Assembly: GCA_964495025.1 (NCBI GenBank)
Contig: CAZBUF010000423.1
Span: 1 to 32,661 of the forward strand
Source of the DNA: an uncultured Bacteroidales bacterium
GTDB lineage: Bacteria; Bacteroidota; Bacteroidia; Bacteroidales; UBA10428
Direction of reading: 5' to 3'
DNA: 32,661 bases
Below the pieces are notes generated by a model that saw only the letters and a list, made by a program, of their open reading frames with translations, had not been told where the DNA came from and ran no database searches. Below are positions 32,201 to 32,661 of the stretch, one piece after another. The translations under genes and the position numbers were made by a program. Numbering within the stretch: the first letter of the stretch is position 1; each line of letters starts with the position of its first letter.

Positions 32201-32661
32201 CAGCCCCCGAATGGAAGGCGGTTTATAATGATAATTTTGAAGAAGACTTTCTAAATGCTCATAATGGCAGTAATGTATGGAAAAAGATTTATGATGTGCC
32301 GGATAAACTGATTTGGGAAACTAAAAGCAAGCTCAGGTCAGCACTTATTAACAATATTAAGGAACGGTTCAAGGAAAACTGGATAAAACGTCATGAGGAT
32401 CCAAAACAGATAATGGAGATTAATAATACATTGTCAGATAAGGTACTGACAGTATGTTTTGCCAGAAGATTTGCAACCTACAAGAGAGCACATCTGCTAT
32501 TTGAAAGCCCTGAAAGACTAGCCAGGCTGGTTAATAACCCGCAGATGCCGGTACAGTTTATTTTTGCAGGTAAAGCCCACCCAAATGATAAGCAGGGACA
32601 GGATCTGATAAAGATGATCGTTGAGATATCGAAAAAACCGGAATTCTTAGGTAAAATACTT
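29263..32661 (+). CDS. Fusion protein: GT3 (eukaryote-type) glycogen synthase N-terminal domain + GT35 alpha-glucan phosphorylase domain; 3' end lies outside the window
   Basis: It is absent from the ORF track because it has no stop. I translated the frame by hand from the ATG at 29263 through about 31320 and found no stop. I also confirmed the frame register at the GKAHP motif near the 3' end; 31320-32560 was not checked codon by codon. The GT3 motifs are [24 protein letters not shown] and [10 protein letters not shown]. From about aa 590 the phosphorylase motifs are WWTWD, [51 protein letters not shown] and [12 protein letters not shown] (PLP-Lys codon at 32572-32574). Confidence 0.9.
   Translation, partial: [1133 protein letters not shown]

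Noticed and set aside
1-32661. Search for mobile elements, tRNA/rRNA genes, selenocysteine read-through in Hdr-like genes, and defence-system hallmarks
   Set aside because: No transposase or integrase motifs, terminal inverted repeats or tRNA-like sequences were seen. The Hdr-like ORFs are not split by in-frame TGA codons. No nuclease, helicase or methylase defence-type genes were recognisable by eye.

Overview
The window looks like chromosomal DNA from a low-GC Bacteroidota-type bacterium. Supporting signs are lipoprotein-type TlpA/DUF4369 paralogs, Tat-signal Gfo/Idh/MocA plus DUF1080 genes, a GT3-GT35 fused glycogen enzyme, an ECF sigma/anti-sigma pair, and no obvious Shine-Dalgarno sites. 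No rRNA, tRNA, CRISPR array, transposase or integrase was seen. Gene order is as follows. (1) 2-2046: ECF sigma factor (3' end), zf-HC2/HEAT anti-sigma factor and a secreted beta-repeat protein. (2) 2116-2436: a YbjQ-family gene. (3) 2542-4165: a NarL/LuxR-class two-component pair. (4) 4365-9930: a Cys-rich zinc-ribbon gene followed by a five-gene heterodisulfide-reductase (Hdr)/Qmo-like Fe-S flavoprotein operon that ends in a membrane HdrE-HdrD fusion. (5) 10121-14654, minus strand: DUF1080, two Tat-exported Gfo/Idh/MocA oxidoreductases and DoxX, with an 8-bp tandem repeat filling one intergenic gap. (6) 14828-21099: a visibly more AT-rich island. It encodes a 92-aa double-glycine-leader precursor peptide, a ~12-TM membrane protein, an ABC ATPase, a small membrane protein translationally coupled to a membrane-anchored CxxC thioredoxin-fold protein, and a peptidase-C39 ABC exporter. 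I consider this island a candidate uncharacterised bacteriocin-like peptide export/immunity system and the most interesting part of the window. (7) 21184-21960: lpxH. (8) 21973-24256: two tandem TlpA-like lipoproteins that have lost the CxxC active site. (9) 24490-32661: a glycogen cluster with a debranching enzyme, a GT4, a GH57 and an open-ended GT3 glycogen synthase fused to a GT35 alpha-glucan phosphorylase. All family assignments come from motif recognition by eye. No database search was run.
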